A stretch of DNA of 64,000 nt, taken from the NCBI GenBank assembly GCA_001724265.1, contig MEDY01000112.1, positions 1 to 64,000 on the forward strand, written 5' to 3'. Source of the DNA: Rhizaria sp. SCN 62-66. Taxonomy: Eukaryota. The notes beneath the pieces were generated by a model, which saw nothing but the letters and a program-made list of their open reading frames with translations, did no database searches and was not told the DNA's origin. This document shows positions 14,201 through 26,874 of this stretch, in pieces. A program made the position numbers and the translations under genes. The first letter of the stretch is position 1. Each line of letters opens with the position of its first letter.

Positions 14201-17200
14201 GCCGCAGCGCCAAGTGTGCAACGATGGGCATGCTCTTAATAGTGAGTCTGATCCGCTCACATGCCGTGAGGTGGGTCCACGTGGCGCCCACAAGACCCGC
14301 AGTGGCACAGAAGCGGAAGCGGTACGCCGTACCCGGCGCCAAAGTGAAGGGTGGGATGTAAAGCGCCGTTTGGTTGAGCGTTGTGACTGTGGCAGCAAAA
14401 AGCGCGGGCAGCGTCTCGTTAGCCAACGGTCCCCACTTGTAGGAAATAAGCTCGCGGTCCTCGGCGGCAGCACACGTCGACAACGAGACGATCGGCGTCA
14501 CCGTGATCGCGTCCGCGGCCGCGTACGTGTTCTTGCGCCCCGACATAATGGAGATAAGTGGCAAGTCTGACGCCATGCGTGAGATCGTGACAGTGGGCAC
14601 AAACTCACTTCCCAACCAGTTGGTGATGCGCGCGGCAAACGTGGCGTTGGTGCCTAAAGGAAAGAATGTGTCAAGCTCAGCGGGAGTCAGTGTGATTGAG
14701 AAGCTGCCGGCGGGGCTGGACATACTGGCGTAAGGCGCGTTGACGTTGACGGGCGCGTACTTGGCGACGAGACTCATAAACGTGGTTACAGCTGCATTGT
14801 TGGTGCCATTGCTGACGAGTTCGAATTGCATCGACGGGTGCAGCGCTGCGTTGCCGATAAGCGACCGCACAATCAGCGTCAGCGGAGCGCACGAGCCTAA
14901 AACCGATGGCGCCGCGAGATCTGCAAAGATCTGCGGCAGCACGGTCGGAGCTCGTACGATGACCGCTACTTGCGGCATGAAAGAGACATACGCCGTGTCA
15001 ATGTCGCCGTAGAAAGCCGAGTTGGAAGCCCGCACTGCCGGCTTGATAAGACCACCCTTGACGGTGACCGCAGAACCAAGCCGCAACCCAAAGGAGAAGC
15101 CCATTCGGACGCGCAGGATCGAGGGCGTGCGCCAGATGCAGCCTACGGACTCGATGTCACCGAGTAGTTGCATTGTCGCGCTGCTCAGCAAGTATGTGCA
15201 CGTGCGCCACGTCCCAGCCGTGTCAGTTATGGTGACACCGTCGACCGTGTACGTGGCAACGGGCTGCGTCGTCGGGTACGTAAAGATAACGTCCACAAAC
15301 GCACCTCCGGTGTCGATGCGCGCCTCGGACACGGCAGTCATGGGGATGCACATCACCGCTTCAGTCCACTGCCCTGTCCACGTCGTGTCGGATGACGAAC
15401 CATCGCCGTTAGCCACGCGCGAGCACAGCGTGATGGCTCCGGGATACACCACAAAGCCGGACTTGCACGTCACGTACGCCTGTGTGTCCAACGCAAGTTC
15501 AGTCGGCACCGCAATAGTGCTGGGACCGCCGATGATAAGCTCAGCACTGACAGCCTCGTTCCCAGAGCTTCCAGTGCCTACACTTGCGCGAGTTGCACGC
15601 AACCGGGCGCTGGCAACGAAAGGTAACCCAGCGTTGCCGCCGCCAATCCCGCTACCAGAGCCGCCATCATTGGTGGCACCACCGGTGTTGGTCGCAGGGT
15701 CAACAACGTAGATCGTGCCGTTAGGCACAGTATACGTCACAGAGACGACACCGAGACGCACATTGAGTGGCTCACACACGGGCTTCGGTTGACAAGAGAT
15801 CTTCTTGGGGCTCCAAGAGCCGCCAGCCTGACACACGCGGTGGTGTTCCAGCATACCGTAGCCGTAACCAGACAGCTCATATCCGCCGATGCATGTAATG
15901 ATCGCGCGTGTACCCAACGCAAGTGTCTGCGTCGAATAGGTAATCGTTGTGCCCGCGGGCATCGCATCCACATTCTCGATGGGCAGACACACGCGCGACT
16001 CATACGGCACGCAGCCTGCAATCACGGGCTCCCACTGAGCCACTTCATTGCACGTCAGTTTCTGAGAGCTGCTTGTGGTGCCAGCAACACGCAAGCCGAC
16101 AGAGCAGACACGATATAACACGCGACCAGCAAAGTAATTATACGCAGTGAGCTGATCCTGTGCAAAGCCGCCGCCGTCAAAGTCGCTTGTCTGCAGAGAC
16201 AACCGTAGCGTTGCGTTCTCGCCCGCGATTGGAGCCTGGCACGAACGCACGCACGCGATCACCATATCAATAGGGTCCCAGCCGGCCATGCCCGTGGTGT
16301 TATAAAACGTGTCTAGCATAGCCTCTGCACGCGCTGCAGGGCGGCGGGATGCCTCAGCATCACTAACGGTATTACGCGTGGAGTCGTTAACGTGGCGTGG
16401 AGCGCCACCGAACGCGCGTTGAGCGCGCGGGAGCGAGCTGACAGCGCGCGCGACTGGCTCGGCCTCGTCGACGTTGCTTACCTCGTAACCAGCTTTCGGG
16501 AGCGTGGGACCAGGTGAACCGTTGAGCTTGCAGTTAAAGCGTGAGCGCGCATAGCTCACCTCCATATGATAAATACTTGCCCTGGTGATACGGGACCCGT
16601 TCTCCGTCTTGACCTCGATCGGGGTTAGCATCAACGACACCGCGTCCGAGGGACAATAGACGATCACGCCCGCGTTGATATCGTATAGTGACGGATCCGG
16701 GGACGCGGCTTGCTCGGCCAGCAAGTGCAGCGGCTCGCGCAGAGTCACAATGAGGCTATCATCCATTGTCGCAGAAGGCGTCGGCAACGTCGCGTTGATA
16801 GCAGCAGCGTGAAACACAGCCTCATGAGATTCTTCGACAACAGGTGTCAATTCGGGCAATTCATCGGCCGTGGAAGCACTAAAGCTGGCGATGCGCGCTT
16901 GCTTGCGCGCATCGTATTCCTGGTATGACAGCATTGTGTAATACAGCTCCTTCGGGGGCGAGGGCACGATGGGATACACCAGTGCCGGGCAGCCGACTTG
17001 CGAGCACTCAAGGTCGCTCCCGGAGAGGACCCAGCCGCGACCGTATGTGCAGACGTGCGCAGCAATCTTGTTGTTGTCACCGAGGATTAGTGCACCAGTG
17101 TCGAGGTCTACTGTCGGCTTGGGAACACTACACTTAGTGTGCGCCAGCGCTCCAGGGATGTGGTGGAACCAGACATAAGAGCCGTAGTAGTACCCCGTGG

Positions 17201-20200
17201 CAGGGTTCGGCGCCTCATCTTGTCCAGGAGGAAGGTTGAAGGCAGGGCAGATGTATGACTCACAGCGCGTCGGCTCCGCGGTCCACAGTCCCGTGGGTAG
17301 GCACTCGATGATGGAGTTGACAACGTCGGTGAACGAGAAAGGCGCGGGACACGAGAGCGCCAGCACCGTGCCCACCAAGAATCCTGCTCCGTACTAGTCT
17401 CTTACAAAGCCTCCGCGGCGGAACGAAGCCAACGGCAGCGGTTTAGTAGCCGTGGAAGTCTCCCCGGCCAGGGGGTCTGTGCAGTGCACGGGCACACATG
17501 GCGTCAGGGTCGACCAGCCGTCGGCGCGGCACACGATGTCCTGCACGGCCACGTAGCGCGAGGACTCGCACGTCACGTGCGCGCGCGAGCCCTCGAGGGT
17601 GTGGCGCGTCTCGCATGAGGGCGATGAGTAATACACATATGCGACAGGTGACACAATCGGCAACGGTCCACAGTCATAACGAGGCAGACACTCGACGAAG
17701 TCCACGCTCCATGACGTGCCAGCGGTCGAAACAGCCGCCGCAGACACCGCACGCGGACGCGCCGCGGTGACACGTGCTTGAGAGGTGGGGTTGCTATTGC
17801 TCAAACTAGAGAGTTGCTCCGCAGTGTCGAAAACAATCGGCGCGAGCGTGTCGAGCGCGTTGACTACGTCGCTAGCGACACGGTTGCAAGTGATGGGCGT
17901 GGTGACCGAGGGCTTAAAGGCAGACGAGGTACACTTGGGCACGACGAACGAGCCCGGGATGCGGCTGTCCGAGTATGACACAGAGCCGCCGTCGATCGCG
18001 GGGAACTCGACGCATTGCGCCGTCGGCGAGCACTGCAGCGGCAGCGCAGACTCCACCACAGTCACGGTTTTTGTGGCCTGCACGACCATCAGGTCCTCGC
18101 TTTGCTCGCTTGCAGCTGCGTCTTCACCGGCACTCATAGGAGTGACACCGGAGTAATAGGCCGTCCAGCCCATAGCGGTACAGTTGAGCGCGCTCGCAGT
18201 TCCGGCCACAGGGGTGAACCAGGTCCTGCAGCCCAGCGTGGCCAGCGTGCCGAAGGGGTGCGACGTGCGCTGCGCGTCATACGACGACGTAGCGACCATC
18301 TGCGTGCCGACAAACGACACAACCAACGGCAGCGGCGGGCACGCGGTGGTGAAGAGACACAACCCTGCACGAGGTACCGCGCCTAGCAGCTCCAGCGACA
18401 CTTGCGAGACCAACACGGCTTCCCAGGTGCCAGCGCTGCCGCACTCCAGCACCTGCTGCGCAACGGCTAGGGAGTCGACGACTGCTGTTTCCGAGCGGCA
18501 CGCGTACGTCGCGCGCGCGCCGACAGGATAGCCCGGTGCGGGGCGAACCTGGTACACCGCCCCGTCGGTCCCCGCATCGCGCACAGTCACCGTCATGGTC
18601 TGCGGTGCCTGCGGCGGGGGCTGGCAGAATACGCGTTCACAGGCGGGTCTCCGGCCGTACCACAGCCCATCGGCAGCGCACTCGAGCGTGGATGAGTCGG
18701 CGACGTAACCGACCGGACAACTGACCGTGACCTCCGAGCGGAAGCCCGGGTACCCCGAGGCGTGCTTGTATGAGCTCACAGCGGCTGTCACGATGGACGC
18801 GATCGCGCCGTGCAGACGGCAGGGCTCGCCCAAGTCGCATTCGTCGTGCGGTGCGGTGGCGTTCCAGGCCGCGCTCGGCTGGTCTCCGAGCCCGCCGGGC
18901 GGCACGACGACACGGGAGGACAGCACGTCGCCGTTGTCGTCGAGCTCATAGAGCACCTCTGTCACGTGTGGACACTGCACCGGCACGCACAGAGGCACGA
19001 CACCGTGCCACTGCCCGTCCGTCAGACACTTCAGCGTCGAAAGCGTGCCCTCCGGCGCGTCAGGGCACGTGTCGCTGCCCAGCGCAATAGACGGGTCGAG
19101 GTCGTAGCCTTGCGCGCAGGATAGATGCAGCGAGACCGACGCGGATGGGTACTCGCGCGGAACGTCGAGCCGCGCCGACTGTTGCGCGACAATAAAGCGC
19201 GCCTTGAGTTCTGGCAGCACGTCCTCGCACTGCGGCACGACGCACTGCAGCACGCTGTCGGCCAGCGGGCCGGAAAGCACGAGGTCGCCCGTCGCGGGGT
19301 CGCGCAGGCGCCACACGCCGGTCTGCAGGGTGGCATTCCACGGCGCTTCATCTTCCACGCACTCGTACGTGCGCTTGGCGTCGGTTGCTGGCGCGGCGGG
19401 CGTGGCACCAATCTCGCTCACACAGGTGACGCGCACCGTGGTGGCAATAGGGAAAGACCCGCCTATCGCGGGCTCAGTGGAGTAAGCAAGGCCCACGCCA
19501 TCGATCGCGAGCGAGGTCGCAGTCGTGTTGACCCCAAACATAAGCGCGGCCGACAGACACATTGGCGTCGTCGTGCACTGCGGAGGCTCCTCGTCCCAGG
19601 AGCCGGAGCTGGAGCAGCGGCGCACGAGGGAACCACCGACGTAGTGTGTGTGCGGCGCGCATTCGTATGTGATCATGGACTCAACGAGCGGATACGATGC
19701 GATGTTCTGATTGCCATCATGCTCGGACACCGTTACAATTGTGTTCGACACGGTGCCTGGCAGTTCGCAAGCTGCAAACGTACCGTTGACAACGGGCACG
19801 CAGAGTCCGAGGAGGAAAGAGGACGCGTGGTCACTCTCCCACTCCGCCGTGGCGCCCTTCTGAATGCACTTCCACGACACTTCGTGGTCATCGCGCCCTG
19901 GCGCACGCACGGCGTCGTAGCGGCAAATGCCGCGCAGCACCGTCCCAAGCGGGTAGCCCGTCGTGGCAGTGAGCATCGGGTTTTCCCACCCGCCGATGAG
20001 CGTATGATAGATCTCTGTCGTCGTATACACAGAGCTGTTGACGGAGGGTGGCAACGGACACTCTGCGCGAACGCAGTTGAAGTTGAGCACATTGTCGGCG
20101 CCGACCCACACGGGTGCGTCGGTATGCGTGACCGAGGGCCGCAACTCACACGTTGCAAGTAGATTCGCGTTTCCAGCAGGCACAAAGCCCGACTCGCAGG

Positions 20201-23200
20201 TGTACCGAATTCTAGTCCCCAGCGGGTAGTTCTTGCTGGGGTTCGTCGCCGCCATGACTTGGTTCGACAGCAGCAGCGCGTCGGCGTGGATCAGGATCGC
20301 GCTGTTGGTCACCGCTGGCCGCGGGGGCACGCCGCAGCCCGTATAGAGCGACGGCGGCGCGGTGCCGCAGGCCAGGAAAAGCCCCACCCAGGCGCCGACG
20401 GGGGAGCAGTAAATGACACCGGGGCGGAAGCTCAGCGGATCGTCGCTTGAGTCGACATCGCTCACAAGAAGCGCGAAAGCAACATTAAACGAAGAGTTTG
20501 TTGTAAGCGAGGACATTCCACTGGTAGCGCGGCGCAGGCGCTCGATTTTGCGGCTAATGCCTGTCTGCCTCAAAACAGGGCGCTCACTCTCATTAGCAAT
20601 ACCCTCGTCGACGTTTCCGTCGTTCAAGTCATCACTGTTGCTGGTGGAGTCAGGGGCAGCGCTCGGCAGCTCCAGCGCGACACTGCCGTCCTCGGGCAGC
20701 GGCGCGCATGTGAGCAGCGTCGAGGCGCCGACGATCGGGTACGAGTAGGCCCCGACCTTCATCGGGGCTGATCTAATCAGGTTGGACATGGTGTTGCCGA
20801 CGTGCAGACACGCCATGTTCGCCGGCGCGGTCTGGCACTTGAACTCTGGCGGATCAAGCTCGATGTCGCCCAGCCCCGTCGGCGTGGGCGCGTCCCAGGA
20901 ATGCGGCGCCAGCGCGAGCAGCGACGCGTTTGTCCACATCGCTCCTGCGCCGCCGAGGCCGGGGGAGACGCACGTCATCCACAGCGAGCGCGGGGATCGC
21001 GGCGACGCGTGCATGTCGGTGTCACAGCTCAACACCACGGAGGCGCCGACGGGCGCGACGTCGGGGAACTGGCCCCCCGCGCCGGTCCACGGCCGCGAGA
21101 AGGTGCCGCTGGTGCGCACGACGACGACGCCGGCGGGCAGCACGGAGCGTGCGCACTGCAGGTCGAGACACTGCGCGAGCTGCGTGGCGTTGTACTTCCA
21201 CTGGCGGGTCAGCTCGTCGCACTGCAGCGAAAGCCACGCCAGATCCGCGGGCCGCGACGGGTTGCGGCAGCGCACCGCGACAGTGCTGCCGGGGCCCGCC
21301 GAGATCTGACTGGCCGGCAGGGTGTCCGCCTCTGTGTATTGGACGCCAGGGACAGGGGCGTACGGCAGCACCTCGTGGTGCACGGACATGATCGTGGTGA
21401 GGAGCGGGCAGACAGGTGCCACGCATGCGTAGTCGCGCGCCTCGTTGGCCCACGTCCATCTCCCAGTCTGCCCGTCGCATACGCGGTACAGCGGCTTCAC
21501 CGACAGTGCGTAGGGCATGGGCGCATCAGACGTGCACGAGTAGCGCGCAACGGTGCCCATGTCGAACGTGCCCGCAGCGGCCTCGATGTCAGCGTCGCTG
21601 TGTAGGATACCGCCGTCGACGTCGACCGCGTCGGTAAACATGTCGATCTGCACGAACTGCGGCGTCAGCGTCTCGCCGTTCTCGATGTTATCGGGCGCCA
21701 ACGGCTGCTTTGACGTAGAGCCCAGGGTAAGCTGCCCGCAGCTGTAGCGCGACGTGCAGTTGGGCGGGACGCCGCGCCAGGAGCCATCGTCAGCGCACTC
21801 GAGGTACGCCTGCCCGCCGTATGTGCCCGCGGGGCACTGAAGCGTGATGCGCGAGCCCAGCGCGGGGTACGTGACGTCGGAGTTTTCGGGCTGCGTCAGC
21901 GAGGTGACGTAGCCCTTGAGCGATCCGGCGATATCCTCGCAGAAGGTGGTTTCGCAGACAAGCTCGTCAGCAAGCTCGGTGCGTGTCTTGGACCAGTAGC
22001 CCACGTCGGACACGCCGTCGTGCTAGCACGTAAAGTTCACGTGGCGGTTCACCTCTGGCGTCGTGAAGGTGGCCCAACTGACCCGCGACTTGAACGGGCA
22101 CTGGTAGTACACGTGCGTGCCGAAGGGCCACTTGCGGATCAGAAACCAGAACGTAGAGCCGAGTCCGATCGGCACCACGGGCTTGGGCCCCAGGCCGTCG
22201 TCCTCGTCTAGCAGCGTCGCGTACGGCACCATGCCTGCGTACGTCACCACGGGCAACGAGCCGCACGCAACGGGCACGCACGTCGGCAGCGAGCCAACCC
22301 ACAGCCCGTCGGCGCCGCACGTCAGCTGCGTGAAGGCCGGCACGAAGCGGCGCTTGCACTTGACGTGCAGCACCGAGTTGTACTGAGGGAACGGCACAGC
22401 GTCCGTGACGTTGCTAAAGAACATACTCGGGGGACCGAAGTCGAAGCGGTAGTTGCCAGTGAGCCCGTTATCATAGGAGCAGCGCGGGCGCACGGGCTCG
22501 CACCACAGCGTCGCGTCCGCCACGACGGGGGACGCCGTCAGGGCGCCGCCGGTCCCCGCAGAGAGCGCGGCGGCGTCGGCGGCAGGAGTGATGCGGACCC
22601 ACCGCGCCGGGGTGCCGGGCTCGGGTTGCGCGCACTGCGCTGCGACCGCACCATCGCCGTCGAAGAGACGCGGCACGCCCTGGGCCGAGAAGACCGACGC
22701 GGGCGCAAAGCCGGGCGCGCAGCGCAGGTGCACGCGCGCGCCCACGGCGGCCACGCCCCCGGGCGAGAACGCGGTGGGCGTGGGGTACGTGATCTGGTAC
22801 CGCTTGAGCGGGTAGTCCGTGGCTGTGGCATCGCTGGACGGCAGCATGAGCAGCTGCCGCGCGAGCGCAGTGGTCATCACCGCGCACGTCGCGGGCTTGC
22901 AGTAAAAGTTCTTCATCGTCGTGCTGGGGATCGCGTCGGGCGGCACCGTGCCGGAGTACGCGGGCACCTTGTTGGGCACGGCCGTCGAGATCCACTTGGC
23001 GAAGGTGAGCCCCGTGGAGCTCTGCACGGCCTCGACGCAAGTGTCCGAGACCGTGATCGCAGGCAGCGACTCGCCAAACTGGTCCGCGGCGTAGTAGCCA
23101 GCGCGGCACTGCGCCGAGACCGCGGAGCCGGGCATCACGCGCACCTCCAGTCGCGGGTCCGCGAGGCGACCCAGCCGGTCGCCCATGAGCGGCGCCGCGG

Positions 23201-26200
23201 GGTCCGTTTGCGGCACGACGGCCGAGCCGTTGTAAACCATGGAAGTGTAGACGGCGCCCGCGGAGAGCGTGACCACCGCGCCCTCGGTCTCGAGCGCGCC
23301 AGAGTGCGCGAGCTGCAGCGGCAGGCGGCACGTGCGGCGCGGACACACGGGCACGGTGTCGCTGCCCGTGGCGTTGAGCGGCAGCGCGGGCTGCCAGCGG
23401 CCAGCGTCGGTGCACACGTGCGACGAGGCCATCTCGTATCCGGGCTCCAGGCAGTAGATTGTGAAGTAGCTGCCGACGAGTCCGTGACTGCGGATTGTTG
23501 CGGTCGGCGCGGCGCGCTCGAAGGCGAGCTGCGACACGGGGTCGACGCCAGACCACGGCATCTGCGTCACCAGCGGGCACGTCACTATGGTGCACGTCTG
23601 CGTCGACGCGATCGTCACGTTGTTCCACAGCGGCAACACATCGAGGAAGTCGTCGCCCTCGCGCGTCTCCGCGGGCACGCGCTCCCAGTACTCGCCCACC
23701 TCGGTCGTGCGCTGCGGGTCCAGCCGCAGCGCGCCGCGGCCGCACGAGCGCCACACCACGTCGGAGCCGTTGACGTCGAACGCGTCCCCGGCGTTAGCAC
23801 ACGACTGCAGGACGAAGGAGCCGAGCGGGTAGTGCTCCTGGTCGGCGTCGCGCCATGGCACCGACATCTGCTGCTGCAGCTCGTCGTCGTCGCTGTTGCC
23901 GCCGCTGACGCTATTGCTGCCCTCAGCGTCGGGCAGCCCCGTGATGCGCGGTGCGAGAAACGTGAGCCGCGTGAACATGGGCTGGTGCACTGGCAGCAGG
24001 CAGACCGAGTCGGCCCGGCACTCGGTGCCCTGCGCCGTCCACACGCCGTCGAGGCACGTGATGACGCCCGGGACATCGGGCGTGAGAGACACGTAGTGCG
24101 CCGGACACTTGGTCGTGACGTCCGTGCGCAGTCCCGACGACGTGAGAGCCGACGACACGACCGACACGGACATGATACGCGCCGTCTTAGGTTTGGCCCA
24201 CTCCGGCAGATGCAGGCATTCGCTCGGAACGCACTGCGGCAGCCCCACGCCGCGGCCCAGCGTCAGGTTCGTCTCCACGGCGACCCACGCGCCGCGGCGG
24301 AAGCCCGCTCCGACGGCGGCCGTGGCTGCCTGCGCCTCGGCCGTCTCGACGGAGGCCTCGACAGCCGCGGCGGCGGTGGCGTTGATCGCGGTTTTGGAGT
24401 CAGGCTCACATTCGACATGCGCGTACCCGCACCACGCCTCGCCGAAGGCGCGCGCGCGCGGGGCAGCGCGCGCGCGGCACTCAAAGCGCGCGGCCGAGGG
24501 CAGCGGCGGCAGCGTCGAGTACTGCATGGCCAGTCCGCCCAGCGGGCACGAGAAGGCGACGACAGTGCCCAGTGGGTAATGGCGCCCGCGCAGCGACAGC
24601 GCCGCAGTCGAAACAACCTCAGCGGCGACTGCGGCGGTGTCGTGCTTGGGCTGCGCGCCGGGGTAAATGGGTCGCGCGCTGAAGACGGTGCGCAGACCCA
24701 GCGTGGAGGTGTAGGCCTCAGGGAAGCTGTCGCACACCACCGTCAGGCACGTCGCGCACATCACAAGCGCGGTGCGCGCCATCGCGTCCGTCGCGGTCGC
24801 CGGCAGCGTCGCCGTGAGCGCCTGCAGCGCCGCCGCGGCGGGCTCGGAGCCGAGAGAGGTGGGCACAGTCGCGGGGACCGAAGATGAGATGAGGCGCCAC
24901 TCGCCGGGGCCCGTGGCCGAGGCGTGGCACTGATAGGTCGCCAGCGGTCGCGCCGTGGTGTTCGACGTGGCGGCGTTGCGGCAGGCCACGTGCGCAAAGG
25001 CGCCGTCGCTGTAGACGCGCGGGCCGTCGATCAGCCCGCCGCCGACGCCGGGGAGGTCCTCGGCGCTGATGCCGTCGAGCTTGCCGTCAGCTGCAGCGGC
25101 GGCGGCGGCGAACACGGCGGCCGCGGCAGGGCTTTCGCGGACCGAGTCGAGCACAGGCGGCGGCAGCACGCCCTCGTGCGCCGAGGGCACGGCGTAGGAC
25201 GAGTAGTGCAGCCGCATGTGGGGCGGCAGCGCGCGCTCCAGAGGGTGCGGGGAACACTGCGCGGGGCAGCGCGCGTGAACGACTGGCCGCAGCGCAAAGG
25301 TCGCCGGCAGCGGCGTGCCCAGCGACGTGTTGGTTGCCGTCGCAGCGTCGCGCAGCTGCGTGAGCGCGTGCCAGCGGCCCTTGCGGCACGTCATGGCGAC
25401 GGCAGTGACCGCCACAACGTCGTCAGGGTCAGTTGCCGACTCTCCAAACTCGTCGTCTCCGCCCTGAGTCTGGGAAAGGGAGGCAGAGGGCACGGCGGGA
25501 ACGAGTGGGGCACTGCCTGACAGTACGGCGGTGAGATTCACGAGCGCGGCAGCCTGGGCGGCCGCATAACCACTGTTAACAACCCCAGTGCCGCCGTTGC
25601 CGTTGCTGTTGCTGTTGTCACCAGTAGAGGCGCTGCCGTCGCCCTGCAACACGGGGAATAGTCTTTCGGCGTCGCGGAGAGCTGGTCTCAACTCATGCAC
25701 CAGTCCGTCGCCCGCCGGCAGTGAGTTGGGGCTGCCATCAGCGTCGTCGTCGTCACCGAACGACGAAGGGTCCGTCGAGAGCACGTAAAGGTCCGGCGCC
25801 GCGTCATGCCAACAAGAAAAGGTCACCACGGTGCCGTCTAACGCAAAGGCAGACGTGCGCCCCAATGGCGTGCCGTCCAAGGCGGAGATCGCGGCGCGGA
25901 CGAGCTTGGGCTCGGCGGAGGCGGTCGAGATGTTGAAGTACGCCGCAGCGGCAAAGACAGTGAACGGGTCATTGCAATGCTGCGAAAAAATCCAGGGGTC
26001 GAGGTTGGCGTCCTCCGTACCGCTCTCAAACAGGTGTTCCGCGTTGGAGCGCGGATCCAGCAAGTCTAAATGCTAGGGCGCAACCTCAAATCTGCCGCCG
26101 CACTTGTCGCCGAGCAAGACGCCCGACGGCAGAGCGGGCGCTGAGGTTGTTCCTCCTTGCGCCTCCGCAGCCGCCGGGCCCGCTGATAGCACGACCAACG

Positions 26201-26321
26201 CCGCGGACAGCGACAGCAGCGCGGCTAGACAGTGTAAAGCCACTGAGCCGCCGTGCAAAGGTGCGCGAGAGCGAGGCGGCGGCATCGCGGGACACGGCAC
26301 TGCGTGCAGGGTTAGTAACAT
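1020..26321 (-). CDS. Giant polycystin-1-like surface receptor (~8,433 aa): signal peptide, about 30 Sushi/CCP-like repeats, REJ-like region, GAIN/GPS, 5 TM helices, long low-complexity loops; contains 3 in-frame TAG codons
   Basis: ORFs 26073..26321, 22023..26063, 17394..22013 and 1020..17378 share one frame and are separated only by single TAG codons. Hydrophobic signal (LHCLAALLSLSAALVVLSAGPAAA); repeated C..P..YP.GT....C..G......C..DG.W....P.C units; REJ-like motifs (GSVDPD..YSWSC, YRFRF, GKCVVDP, PLIYRW); GPS-like WDSASC...TVCACTRLG; PKD1-like HVAYSLWQRASVSRITFTRR and WMLGAVLGVIVEWFVMTPL. Alternative start ATG at 26285. Ends TAA. Confidence 0.85.
8189..8665 (-). repeat. Coding (CAG/CAA/CAC)n poly-Gln/His low-complexity tracts
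   Basis: Runs of tgc/ttg/tgg triplets on the + strand within the giant gene; similar tracts near 1023-1080, 2410-2530 and 2720-2820. Confidence 0.85.
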
Positions 26322-26874
26322 TGGAGCGAGTGAAACTCCACCCTCCGGAGTCGTGTGGCCGAGGGCTGAAAGCGACTCGTGTAAGGCGGCGACGCCGACT
26401 TAGAAGGCGTTGCCCAGACAAAACTATAAAATAGGTCAGACAAGACAGGATATAACCAGAGCAACGCTTAAGCGTCAGTAACTGAGTCAGAAATAGCGGC
26501 AGGCTAGAGCAACTCGTGCAGCCTAAGAAGACAAACAAATGGCGAAATTAAAGCAAGTTATGTGAGATAAAGATCAGATGTCCGTTTTTGCTGTTCATAA
26601 TTACAATTAAAAATAAAGCAAATAAGCTGAACAGGAAATAAACATTTTACTCTGACGTTTGCAAGCATGCTAATTTCATCTTCTAGCGACGCGGAAAAAC
26701 ATCCTCCTTGCAGCGTAGTGACAACAAGGGACCATACAAGGTTCGCAAAAATGCAGTGCTGGTTGTTGTCAAGAAGAGAGGAGCAGTGGCAGCTGTGTTA
26801 TCATGTGTCGCTGTGCTCTTTCAAGTCCGTTGAATAACTCATAGCCATTGATGTCGTATTTACTTTTGCTTTAG

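Noticed and set aside
22014-22040. FTC*HD resembling FSCWHD elsewhere in the same protein, suggesting TAG=Trp
   Set aside because: The two cysteines occupy different positions in the Sushi unit; the residue after the third Cys is variable in the other repeats (L, Q, E, A, G, S, T, R), so the site is uninformative.
17394-26084. Micro-introns removing the TAGs (GTAAGAGACTAG 12 nt, GTGAACTTTACGTGCTAG 18 nt, GTTGCGCCCTAG 12 nt)
   Set aside because: Real introns here are 105-243 nt with pyrimidine tracts; 12 nt is below known spliceosomal sizes; the 18-nt option deletes a Sushi cysteine; the nearest GT-AG options at 59993 and 63716 would frameshift.
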